Assembly: GCA_003990765.1 (NCBI GenBank)
Contig: RBNJ01000141.1
Coordinates: forward strand, 1 to 39,453
Direction: 5' to 3'
Origin: Jimgerdemannia flammicorona
Lineage: Eukaryota
DNA length: 39,453 bases
The notes under the pieces are model-generated. The model was not told the DNA's origin. It ran no database searches and worked only from the letters and a program-made list of their open reading frames with translations. Position 1 is the first letter of the stretch. Every line of letters begins with the position of its first letter. Below are positions 23,469 to 34,749 of the stretch, piece after piece. The position numbers were made by a program, and so were the translations under genes.

Positions 23469-25472
23469 TCTAACTTATAAGTACATAACCTCTAAGCCAC
23501 TGAAATTATATATCTCCCTTAGAATTCACATGCAAGATTATGAAGCTAAATCAAATCAAAGTTACAGATTATAAAGCTAAGTTAACTTAAAGTTATAAAA
23601 TACAAGACTCATAAAAACAGAACCTTGTAAATTAAGATTGAAGACATATATATCAGATATGTATATAGCTTACCAAAATAGAGAACTATAAATAATAATT
23701 ATAAATCCTCAAAAATATATATATTTAGCTATAATCACTAGAGTCGATAATTATATTTATACTGATATTTGAAATACTATTATTAACTATATAATGATAC
23801 CTTTATATCTCATAAATATCCATAGTCTAGTATCTTTCTACTTTATAGAAGTCTGATAGAATAACTTGAATATACTTAGCAAGGTTTACTAAATTAAATA
23901 AATTTCAAGTAAATATCAAATTAGTTATCTCCTTGAAAATATAATTAATTACTACTATGATATAGATATTATCAAAGTGTCTTAATACTAGAAACTCATT
24001 ATATACAAATACTAGAAACTCTTTTACAAGTATAGTACTTTCATTCTCTATCTCTAAGTTACTATTACTAAAATGATTACTACTTTAATCTATGGCCAAA
24101 TCAATGATATAGTATAAGAACTCAATTAGAAATATATTAAATATATTTAAACTACTGATAGATCCTTCCTGTACTTAGATAATCACATCTTGCAAATACT
24201 CTAAGTCAGATATACTATGAAAGATATCTATAATATAATTTAGTTTAACAATAATAAAGCAGAAGACAATAACCTCTCTAATACTAAGATGTCTTTCAGT
24301 TAAGAATTCTTATCAACTCTGATTACTCCACTAACTCTACCAATAGACTTACAATAGTTTATAACCACCTATAAGACCTATTGAGATAATGATCACTAGT
24401 ATGAATACTAATCTATATTTATATTCTAACTACTTTAACTATAATAAAGAAATAGAAAAACATAATCTATACCTTTAGACAACTCTCAAGATAGAACCAA
24501 TGACCCCATCTCTTAAGTATGAGTAATATGAAGAATAATCTCTAGTATACTATAACTCTGTAATATATAGTACTATAATCTACTGAAGATATATATACTA
24601 ATAGCAAATCTGATAAAAGTAAAGATAAAGTACCTCTTCTCTATCTACCAATACTATATTCAGCATATGAGACAGATGATGCTATTCTGTAGAATAATTA
24701 CTTTATTTTAATATTCTACTATATGAATAAATAGAGAGATATAATCCAAGAACTACTCTTTCTAGATAACTACTTTATCAGAGATGATATTATCAATAGT
24801 AACCTTATTGAGAAATACACATATAGTGCCTAAATCTATAAATAGCTTACCAGTCATTTGTATAGTTAGATTAGTTAGTACTATATGACTATATTTTGAC
24901 TTATCAATTAGTAATCAGTTTATAAATTATATAATATAACTATATTCTAACTTATCAAGTACTAAAGAGATAACTCATATTTAGTCTAGTCTAGATAGCC
25001 CCCCATCAGTATAAATATTCTCTCTTCCAAACCTCAGAAAATCAGATAAGAATATAATCTAAGTATAAATAATTCTATATACCAATATCTCTTCATACAC
25101 TATGTACTTCTAGTATTAGCTAATAGTAATATTATAAATAATAAATAAACCTATTTAATAGCCCACAAATTACTCTTAAGTAAATCTGTACTATGTTAGA
25201 TCTCACTCTTAATGAGATCTAGAAATTTCTTAATTAGATATTATCTATAGTAATATATCAATTTAACTAAACTGATTTTAGTTTCTTAAACTTTCTGAAA
25301 TAAAAAGGACTTTGGTTGAGATATTAATCTAATTATGAAATCAATAAGTATAGAGGATGTACTCTATATAAAATTAATCTTGACCTAAAGAAAACAATCT
25401 TTCAGAATATCTAGAACTTCTAGGAAACTCTTCCAGAACTATGTAATAGTATTTTAACAAAGTATTCTCTTA
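23469..25472 (+). mobile_element. 2-kb insertion in G1 integrase; candidate non-autonomous Helitron
   Basis: Removal restores MDFI-I-QLLKIKKKRDVIIVFID; inserted at A|T, starts TC, ends with a degenerate hairpin (agtatttt-aac-aaagtatt) then ctctta; no TIRs. Confidence 0.55.
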
Positions 25473-25663
25473 TACAACTACTAAAAATAAAGAAGAAAAG
25501 AGATGTAATTATTGTCTTTATTGATTACCTTAGTAAGTAAGCTTACTTTATTGTAATAACTATTACTATAATCACTCTAGAAATAGTAAAGTTAATTATT
25601 AATAATGGTTCTATCTCTGTAGATTACTATTAGTAATCATCTCTGATAGAGATACAAAATTTA

Positions 25664-25829
25664 TGTGCTGAAAGACGGGATCTGGACCGTCGGAGTGTTA
25701 GTAGGCGTTGATTGTTCGGCTATAAACATTGCAGATTTGCCGAGTAGGTAGCGCTATGTTGTGAAAAGGAAGATCTGAAGGGTAGGACTACGGCCTGCTC
25801 GATAGAACAATTTTATGTGTATATTAAAC
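25664..25829. other. 166-bp CpG-intact insertion flanked by a perfect 16-bp direct repeat
   Basis: agagatacaaaattta at 25648-25663 and 25830-25845; 9 CpG within the insert. Confidence 0.9.
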
Positions 25830-25845
25830 AGAGATACAAAATTTA

Positions 25846-27016
25846 CAGCTACTTTCTCCACTACCATACTAGTTATAAAATATAGATAAGCAACTGTCTG
25901 AGTCTCTTTTCTCCTAACTTTACCCTCTTTACCCCAGTATAGTTTGCTATACCTATAAAAATATGGTAAAAGAAAGACAATGGTGAAAAGTTACTTCTTT
26001 ATTAGTATCAGATCAGTATCTTCTCTACTTTTTCATAGTTTCTAATATCTTTAGCTATATCTGAGATATATCTATTATTTTCTTTCTTTTGTAGATATTA
26101 TCTCAGTATATTATAGACTATATAGAAAGTTGACTGACCTTGGGTATTAAGTATTAAGATAGATTACTTATAAGTTCTTAGCACTTATAGTGAGGCCCTC
26201 TGAGCTTTGGTGAGCTTTCTAGTAAGTATAGTTCTGATATAGGTGACTGTTTTTTAGATAGAATTAGATTGAGAGAGAAGATAGCCATTATAGATAAGAG
26301 AAAGGGCAATTATAATAAATCAGTAGGGTACTAGACTGAGGGCAGTTATCAGTACTATATCAGTAGAGTCTTCTGATTGATACAGAGTAGTTAGATAGTA
26401 GATATTACTCTTAACTACTTTTAGTATTAAGCTCTAGTTATTAAAAATAGTTAGAGAGCTCAAGACTATCTGGATCAGATATTTTAACTATATTTAACTA
26501 GAACTAAAAGCTAATATAATAATATGATTAAAGCTCACAGGCTTGAGTAGTAGAGTATTGGAGATCTTATCCTATCTTATATGTAAGTTCTCTACTTATT
26601 TCATTAGAGAGAACTAGGTTCTACTCACTATTCTGTACTTTAAGAGAGATTTTTCTTTACCTATTACTCAACTTGAGATGGTGGAGATTATGCAAATTGG
26701 CTCAAATATAGTCTTATATCTATATTGAAGTTTCAGCTATATATCTTTAGTTATTAGTATATGGTTACTTTTTCTCTAATAGTAGAGAGAGCATAGTATA
26801 CAGAATGAGATATAGACTAATATAAGCTCTACTGTATCTGGTATGATTGAGCTGCTGAATAATAGCTAGTTTAGGTTTAATAAGAGTATAGTGCTCAAGG
26901 ATTAGTAAGAGAGAGTTTTGGTCTATATAGCCTAAGTTTTCTTTTAAAAAAAATCTGCAGAACTTTGTATTTATTAAAAATAAAAAAAAAATAAAAAAAT
27001 AAAAATAAAAAAAAAA
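25846..27016 (+). mobile_element. Family A retroposon copy 3, heavily mutated
   Basis: Starts cagctactttctccactacc as copy 5 does; degenerate A tail; TSD agagatacaaaattta / agagatgcaaaattca (27017-27032). Confidence 0.9.
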
Positions 27017-27885
27017 AGAGATGCAAAATTCACAAATAACTTCTAATAAGTACTTTTTAAAGAACTAAAAGTATAACTCAAGATATCTACTATCTATTAC
27101 CTATAGATAGATAGTTATATAGAATAAATTAATAACTCTAAAGTAAATCTTTAGTATCTTTTATAGCTATAAGCAGAATAATTAGAACAAAAATCTAACC
27201 CTAACTAAATTCATATATAATAACAGTATAAATACAAGTATAAAAATGACCCTATTCTATCTGAACTATAGATAATACTCTTGAACCCCCACAACTATTA
27301 TATAAGCAATAATACTAGTAATATAAAAAGTTATCAATACTATATAAAGTACTATCTAGCAAGTACACAATACTTTTATAGAAGTATAAAGAATATAAGT
27401 AGTATATACTAATAAAAATAGAAGAGAAGTTACTTATAAAAAGATGAATAAGTATTACTCAGTATATGGTACCTAACTCTGAATATATAATATGAGACTA
27501 AAAAGAAACTTAGACTCTATTACATTAGACTATTCAAGATTTTAAAGAAGTATAGTCCTATTATATATAAGTTGAATCTCCAGTAACTCTCAAAAAAATC
27601 CACCCAGTATTTCATATATCTCAACTCTAGCTATATATTGAAAATATCTTTAAAGAAAGAATAGTACTACTCTTAGATCTAATTATTATTTACTAAGAAC
27701 TAGAATATGAAGTTGATTATATTTGAATTATAAGGACTGATAATTTGAATGAGCTACCAAGTCCATCTAGTACTATCTCATAAAATGGAAAAGCTATCTT
27801 AAATATAATACTATCTGAGAAAAAGAAGATAATCTTTTACTAAATATAGAAGAAGCAGTAGCCTAATATAGATATTTTATATAAT
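27017..27885 (+). pseudogene. G1 integrase C-terminal half and chromodomain
   Basis: RDAKFTNNF, YNNSINTS, IHPVFHISQL, EYEVDYI, IKWKSY..TI*EKEDNL. Confidence 0.85.
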
Positions 27886-27937
27886 GAAAATTTTAATGAA
27901 ATTTCCAAAAGACAGTTATACTCTTGATAAAGAGAAG

Positions 27938-28192
27938 TATAAATATCTTAAGATATTTATAAAATAATCTATTATAGTATAAATAATTAGTAACAATATC
28001 AAGAACAGACTAAGAATAAGATTACTATGACTATCTTTATAGTTATTGAATACCAATAGACCTTTACAGAACTACTCTCTATTAATATATAAATTTCTAG
28101 AAACTCTGATCCAAATAAAGCTCAATAATATCTTGAAAGAATCTAATATTTCCAAATCTTCTATTATTAATAAGAATTGAAGGAATATTATA
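27938..28192 (+). repeat. Putative G1 3' LTR
   Basis: Follows a purine tract after the chromodomain; contains tatataaat and aataaagctc, as the G3 LTR does; no partner LTR in window, so ends are approximate. Confidence 0.4.
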
Positions 28193-28233
28193 ATATTAGA
28201 CAACTTATCTACTAATAAGCAAATCTCTTTAGT

Positions 28234-29400
28234 ACTCTTTTCTCTACTACTATACAAGTTATAAAATTTTAGTAGGTAACCTTTTCTTTACTTTTATCTT
28301 CTCTATCTTAGGTTGGTTTGCTATATCTATAAGGGTATAATAAAAGAGAGATAATGGTGATGAGTTGTTCCTTTATTTGTATCAGATTAGTGCTTTCTTT
28401 ACTTTTTCATAGTTTCTAATATCTCTGACTATATCTAAAGTATATCTGTTTTGGTACAGTATCTTACTTTTACTATTATCAATAAGATATTATTTCAATA
28501 TATCATAGGTTATATAGGAAGTTAGCCAATCTTAAACATTAAGTACTAATATAGATTACCTATAGGTCCTCAGTATCTATAGTAGAGCTCTCTAAGCTTT
28601 AACAAGCTTCTTAGTAAGTATTGTTCTAATATATATAAGTAACTATTTCTTAGATAGTATTAGAATGAGAGGGAAGATAGCTATCATAGATAAGTAGAAG
28701 AGTAATTATAGTAGACTAGTTAGGTATCAGACTGGTGATAGTTATCAGAGCTAGGGCAGATATTATATTGGTAAGACCTTCTAATTAATGTAGGGTAGTT
28801 AGATAGTAGATATCACTCTTGATTACTTTTGATAATATTTGAGATTAGACCTTGGTCATTAGAGATAATTAGAGAGCCTAAGGCTATTTAGATTAGATAT
28901 CTTAACTATACTCAACTAAAACTGAGAGTTGATATAGTAATATAATTGAGGCCTATAGCCTTGAGTAATAGAGTATTGAGGGTCTTCTTCTGTCTCATAT
29001 ATAAGTCCTCTACTCACCTCATTAGAGAGAACTAGATTCTACTCACTATTCTATATAATAATAAAAAAGTTTCTTTATCTATTACTCTATTTAGAGTAGT
29101 GGAAACTATTCTATTTAGCTCAAGTATAGCCTTATATATATGTTGGAGTTTCAGATATATATCTTCAGTTATTAGTATATAGTTACCTTTCCCCCTAGTA
29201 GTGGAGAGAGTATGGTATATAATGAGATACAAACTAATATAAGCTCTACCACATCTGATATAGTTGAGCTATTGAATAATAGTTAGCCTAGATTTAATAA
29301 GAGTATAGTACTCAAGGGGTAGTAAGAGAGAGGTTTGGCCTATATGGTCTAAGTTTCCTTTTAATAAAAATCTATAAGACTTTGAGTTTATTAAAAAAAA
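28234..29400 (+). mobile_element. Family A retroposon copy 4, heavily mutated
   Basis: Colinear with copy 5 from its 5' end; short A tail; no clean TSD. Confidence 0.88.
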
Positions 29401-30251
29401 TAACTTTTTTTTATTTTTTCCACTAATACAAGACTTCTTTATTAACTAATTTATAATAAATATATAGTTCTCATACTATACTGGTAACTTCAATCCAACC
29501 TCTCTACCCTATCTTATCTTAATATTTTCTCTCTCTCTCATCTCAACTTTCCTAAAGATAATAAGCAACTTTTAGTAAAACCAAGCAACTGCCCTATTTA
29601 TTCATTAACAACTATATCTATATTATTATAAAAAGGTTATATGTTCTTTTCTATACTTAGTCCCAAGTCCTCAACTATTTCTATAAAATATCTTCTAAGA
29701 ATATTATTAATCCAACTAATGAATACTGGAGTGATATTACTTTTTAAGTAGTCTAGTATATAGCTCTTCAGTTTGAAGAGTATCTAGGATTTAGTACTAA
29801 CCTTGATGAGTAAGTTCTGACAAAGAAGAAAAAAATATAATAGTTTATTATATATTAATAAAGCTATTGAATATTTCAATAGAATTTCTAATAAATAGTA
29901 ATAAAAATATACTAATAAGCTACTGAAATTTCCAACAGAAATTCTAATAGAATTTCCAATAAGTAGTTATGAATATTATATAGTATAACTATATATAGAT
30001 ATATCTAATATACTATATTTAATTATAGCTTTAAATCTATATAAATATTCTCTATACTAAGTATATAATAATCTTAGCTCTATTTTTTCTAAATATAAGA
30101 ATAAAGTAGTATTCTTACCAAGAACTCTCAGATCCAACTTATTAATAATTTTAAGTCTAATTAACTTGAGATATAAATATAATATCTTTATTAGTATAAG
30201 AATCTGAAAATAATACTTAGACTATACTACTGCAATAGATAATTAAAACTT

Positions 30252-31416
30252 CAGCTCCTTTCTCCACTACCTTACTGGTCACAAGATTTGGTAGGTGACC
30301 TTCTAAGTCTCCTTTCCCCTATTATTACCCCCTCTACCTCAGGTTGGTTTGCTGTGCCTACAGGGGTATGGTGGGAGGAGGGCAATGGTGTTGAGTTGCC
30401 CCTTTATCAGTGTCGGATCAGTGCTTCCTCTACTTTTTCACGGATTCTGGTGCCTTCAGCTGCATCTGGAGTGTACCTGTTTTGGTGCGGCACCTTCTTT
30501 CTTTTGCCGTCGCTAACAAGGTATTGTCTTGGTGTATCTCAGGCTATGTAGGGAGTCAGCCGATCTTGGGCATCAAGTGCTTAGTGTAGATTACCTGCAG
30601 GTCCTCGGTGCTTATGGTGGGGCCCTCTGGCTTTGGCGAGCTTCCCGGCGAGCATGGTTCTGGTGTAGGTGACTGCTTTTTGGGTGTTGTTGAGATGGGA
30701 GGGGAGATGGCCATTACAGATAGGTGGAAGGGCAATTATAGTGAACCAGTAGGGTGCTAGGCTGGGGGCAGTCATTGGGGCTGGGGCAGGTACTGCTTCG
30801 GTGGGGCCTTTTGATTGGTGTGGTGCAGTTAGGTGGTAGGTGTCACTATTGACTTCTTTTGGCGGTCAGCAGGGTTGGGCCCCAGTCATCAGAGGGGGTC
30901 AGGAGGCCCGAGGCTACCCATTTCAGACATCTTGGCTGCACTTAACTGAAACTAGAAGCTGATACAGCAACATGATTGAGGCCCACAGGCTTGAGTAGTG
31001 GGGTATTGGGGGTTTCCTCCCGCCTCATGTATAAGTCCTTTACTCACCTCAACTGGGAGAACCAGGCCCTACCCACCATGTTGTGCTTTGTTAAGGGTTT
31101 TTTATTTGCCTGTCATTCTCTTTAGGGTGGCAGGGGCTATTCTATTTGGCTCGGGCATGGCCTTGTACATACATTGGGTTCTCAGACATGCGCTTTCGGT
31201 CATTGGCATATGGTTGGATTTTCTCTTGTAGAGAGAGAGCATGGTATACAGAATGAGGTGTGGACTTATTAGCTCTGCTGCGCCTGACATAGTCGAGCTG
31301 CTGGACAATAGTTAGCCTAGGTTAATGGGGGGGCAGTGCTTGGTGGGTGGTGGGAGAGGGTTTTGGCCTATATAGTCTAGGTTCTCTTCTAATAAAAATC
31401 CACGGGACATGAGTCC

Positions 31417-31480
<64 letters not shown>
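30252..31480 (+). mobile_element. Family A retroposon copy 5, full length and least mutated
   Basis: Perfect 16-bp TSD tagataattaaaactt (30236-30251 / 31481-31496); AATAAA at 31391; ~60-nt poly(A); retains several CpG. Confidence 0.95.
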
Positions 31481-31482
<2 letters not shown>

Positions 31483-31496
31483 GATAATTAAAACTT

Positions 31497-32337
31497 AGTA
31501 CTTTCTCATAAGAACTTAGAATTTATGACTAATAGTTATCTTAGTTATCTGTAATATATTAATTTATTTTATTTTATTTTATTTTTAATTTTAATTATTA
31601 TAAAAAATATCTTTTTTATTATTCTTTATTAAAGTTATTATATTAATATAATTTTTAAAATTAGATATATATTTTCTGAAATATATATATATATAATACT
31701 ACTCTAATTAGTTATATAAAATATTTAATAAATTAATTAAAGTTAATTTAATTTAAAAGTTTTATTATATTAAATCTATAAATCTAATAAGCTAAATAAA
31801 TTATTCTAATATGTAATTAAATTTTAAATTATTAACTTTAATAATTAGATAAACTATTTGATTTATTATAATTTTATTAACTAAAATAATTATATTATTA
31901 AAAATACTATTAAATTATCTATAACTATTATATATCTCTCTTATTCTGTATTATAGTCAAATTTGACAATTTTAAAATAGAAATTAAAAAAATTAAATTG
32001 CTAAAAAAAAAAAAGTTGCTTTTATTATTAATTAACTTTAAAATACTCACAGATTAAGGAATATATATATATATCTTATTATTATTATATTTTTATTTTA
32101 AATATATATTTATTAATTATTAAATTTTATAATAAATAATTTAAAATAAAAATTTAAAATTTAAAATGTCAAATATATATTATATATTTTTTATTTTATT
32201 ACTAAGTTTAATAGAAATATAATATATTAATATAAATTAAATTTATATATATTTGAAAAAAATTTATTATGATAAAATTTTAAAAGATATTAATAATTCT
32301 GATTAATAGTGATTCTGTAGTCAATAGTTCATCCTAG
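31497..32337. other. Extremely AT-rich relic DNA ending at a hairpin + CTAG (possible Helitron 3' end)
   Basis: Almost no G/C; imperfect hairpin 32300-32323, CTAG 32334-32337 then T; CpG-normal DNA begins just after. Confidence 0.45.
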
Positions 32338-32475
32338 TTATTTTTTGACCATCTGAATAAATTAGATCCATATTTTATCATGGTCATTCCATCGAGTCTA
32401 AAGTCATTACGGCAGAGATATGATGCAAAACGTTTTTTTGTACTATTTCGTATGCTGCACAGTATATTCGAAGAG

Positions 32476-33850
32476 ATGACGCCACAGCCTTTTTGTAATG
32501 ACGTCACACCCAACAACCCCTGCTCAGACTGTCTGACCAAAGTTGCCATTCTTGACACCGCTGCCCCTGCCCCTTCTCCAACGTCTACCCTGAACATCCG
32601 TTTGACACCAATGACACCAGTGACACCATCCGTGGCGAGTTTGGCCCGTCCTGGAAGGCTGCTTACCATCCTCAACGCGGTGGGGTAAGTTGTTTGATAT
32701 ATATATGCTTGCCTTGTTCGCCATGAAAGAATACTTAGTCTCACACCACCTCATTGTGCCGCGTTTCCCTCAGCAGACCTTCACCAAGACCCACCGACCA
32801 TCACCACGTCGTTATCATTGGGACCTTTGCACCTGGATGATCTGAAGACTAACGAGCCCGTCAGGAGATTGTGATGCAAGTTGCGGAAGTTGTCAATCCT
32901 AAATTGAAGGGTATGTGTAATTGTGGTGCCCTGCTTCCATTATTACTGGCACGCTTGACTGGAGAGTTTCTAACACTGATATTGATCCCACAGACCCTCC
33001 ATACGTTCGATGCCTTTTTTAATAATGGTTGATACAAACACTTCTAGTGGTACATCTAGCTTGCCAGGAACATCAACTTTGATCAGGAATCCTATATGTA
33101 AGCCGAATATTGTTGTATGTCCCCAGATCCGATTACGCGAACATGCAACACATACTCATCCAAACCTCGCTTTCTCCCCCCATCCTCGCAGTGTCACCAG
33201 TCCAAACTCTGAGTTCACCCTTACCCCGTACCTTGACATCCGCCCCGACCGGCATGCAAAGCCTCGCGCCACGCTCCCCCACAATTTTGCAGCGCTCAAG
33301 TGACGACACCTTCTCAGCCTTTGAGAATAAGGGCGATGGTGCAATGACGCCTCCTCAAGGTGTGCCAGGTGACATTCGTGTGCGTGAATGACTAGTACAT
33401 TGGGAAGAGCGCCAGAGCATAACAGCAGATACGTTAGAAGAAGATTATGGTGGAGAAGATTACTAATGTAGATATTCTATCTGCCAGGGGCGGAGAAAAT
33501 GGTATGTGTATTAGATGATTTTTCAATGAGAATATTTACGCAGATAATGTCTGTTCGGGGGCTACTTCTTACCGTCGCTACGATTACTAATTCGCCAACG
33601 GCCTTAAATCCATGTCATTTTCTATAACAGCGAGAAGATCGACTTTTTCTTTGATACTGACGAATACTGACGAGAGTGGACCAAGTGGCGGGTGGGATCA
33701 TAGGGAAGATGCCAAGTGGCTCGGGGTGGGATCATGGAGAGGATACTGGTTTGGCCCGAGTGGCTTGAGGCGCTGAGGCTGGGTGGGATCATGGGAAGAT
33801 GCTAGTTTGGCCCGAGTGGTTGAAGCAGAGGAGGGAGGATATTGACGTAT
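32476..33850 (+). pseudogene. Intron-containing gene-like locus with in-frame stops; product unknown
   Basis: Canonical introns gtaagt 32685..cag 32773/32776 and gtatgt 32911..ctaac..cag 32993; spliced frame has stops (FAPG*SED*RARQEIVMQVAEVVNPKLKDPPY). Confidence 0.4.
33690..33820 (+). repeat. Short imperfect direct repeats
   Basis: gggtgggatcat at 33690, 33724 and 33781; gtttggcccgagtgg twice. Confidence 0.8.
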
Positions 33851-34663
33851 AGGGGTATGGTGGAAAACAGGATACCTTGGTCTTGTATCAGAGTGCATAC
33901 CATAATAAATATAAATTGCATTATGCATTGAAATATTAATTACCCACGAACAATGAGACAGTGATTTCTAAATTTTTACCCAAACTTGACTTTCGTCACG
34001 TACGCGATTTTGCATGCATGATCCATTCTCAGTGATACAAACTAATTTATTCCTACACCTCGCTTTTATTTTTTGATCGGGATCAGATTAATAAACAATC
34101 GCAGTTAGTGTATAAGCAGGAAAGCATGATTCAAAATACGAATTCACATAGGAGCGATTACATTATCCACCATTTGATGCTTGGGGGAAGGGCACGAGAC
34201 GATTCGGTCTTCAAATCATACTCAGCCGACCATCAATATCCGAAAGGTAGAAAAAATAGATGGTGGAAGGTTCTCATGTCCCCCAGCCCGAACACCTGGC
34301 CAGGATGATGGTTCACACTGATATGACATTATGACATTGGAAAACCGCGTGGATACCTGTGACATGGGGACACAATGAAATCGCGCGACCCAAATGCAGG
34401 AAAGTGCATGCTCGGACTCATCCAAATAATCCAAATAAGGAGTCGCGCTCCACAAATTGGAAAAGGCGTTCCACATCCGCAGCCTACGATGATTGAAGGA
34501 TCGCGCGCTCCCGAACAGGCCTAGCTTTGTATCTCCGTCAGTGGAGGTCCATTACCGAAAATAGACCGCGCGACCTCCAAAGTGGGTGTGCACGCCCCGG
34601 ATGTTCTGCCGTTTATTTTCTTACAGGGTCCAAGTCAATCAGTAAATTATGAGTACCGTGCAT

Positions 34664-34671
34664 TATATAAA
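34664..34671 (+). promoter_or_regulatory. TATA box upstream of the 34750 ORF
   Basis: TATATAAA followed by a C/T-rich leader ~80 bp before the ATG. Confidence 0.5.
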
Positions 34672-34749
34672 TCGTAGTTCCTGCGCTCCCCAAAGCCAGC
34701 ATGGTTTCACCTCCACTCCAACCAGCATTCACTTCACTACCCCACACAA

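Larger units (their letters stand above)
1735..28192 (+). mobile_element. G1: old, fragmented chromodomain Ty3/Gypsy LTR retrotransposon (gag-CCHC-dUTPase-PR-RT-RH-INT-chromo), host of the nest
   Basis: Coding motifs rejoin across insertions: 1735-3968, 14479-16642, 22757-22811, 23359-23468, 25473-25663, 27033-27885; 5' LTR not seen, so left boundary is approximate. Confidence 0.8.

Noticed and set aside
25664-25830. 166-bp insert as a solo LTR or tRNA-derived SINE
   Set aside because: Flanked by a 15-16 bp duplication rather than a 4-6 bp TSD; no cloverleaf or A/B boxes seen
28213-29578. Possible TSD taataagcaa..tttagta around copy 4 plus ~160 bp of extra sequence
   Set aside because: Requires a 3-nt indel in AT-rich DNA; not convincing
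29860-29965. Repeated ttcc/ttct-aa-aga motifs, possibly DNA transposon subterminal repeats
   Set aside because: Too degraded; no TIR or TSD could be defined
30291-30342. Apparent sense intron gtaggt...ctacctcag near the 5' end of copy 5
   Set aside because: Copy 1 has ccttgg at the acceptor, implying ancestral CGG, so the AG is probably a mutation product
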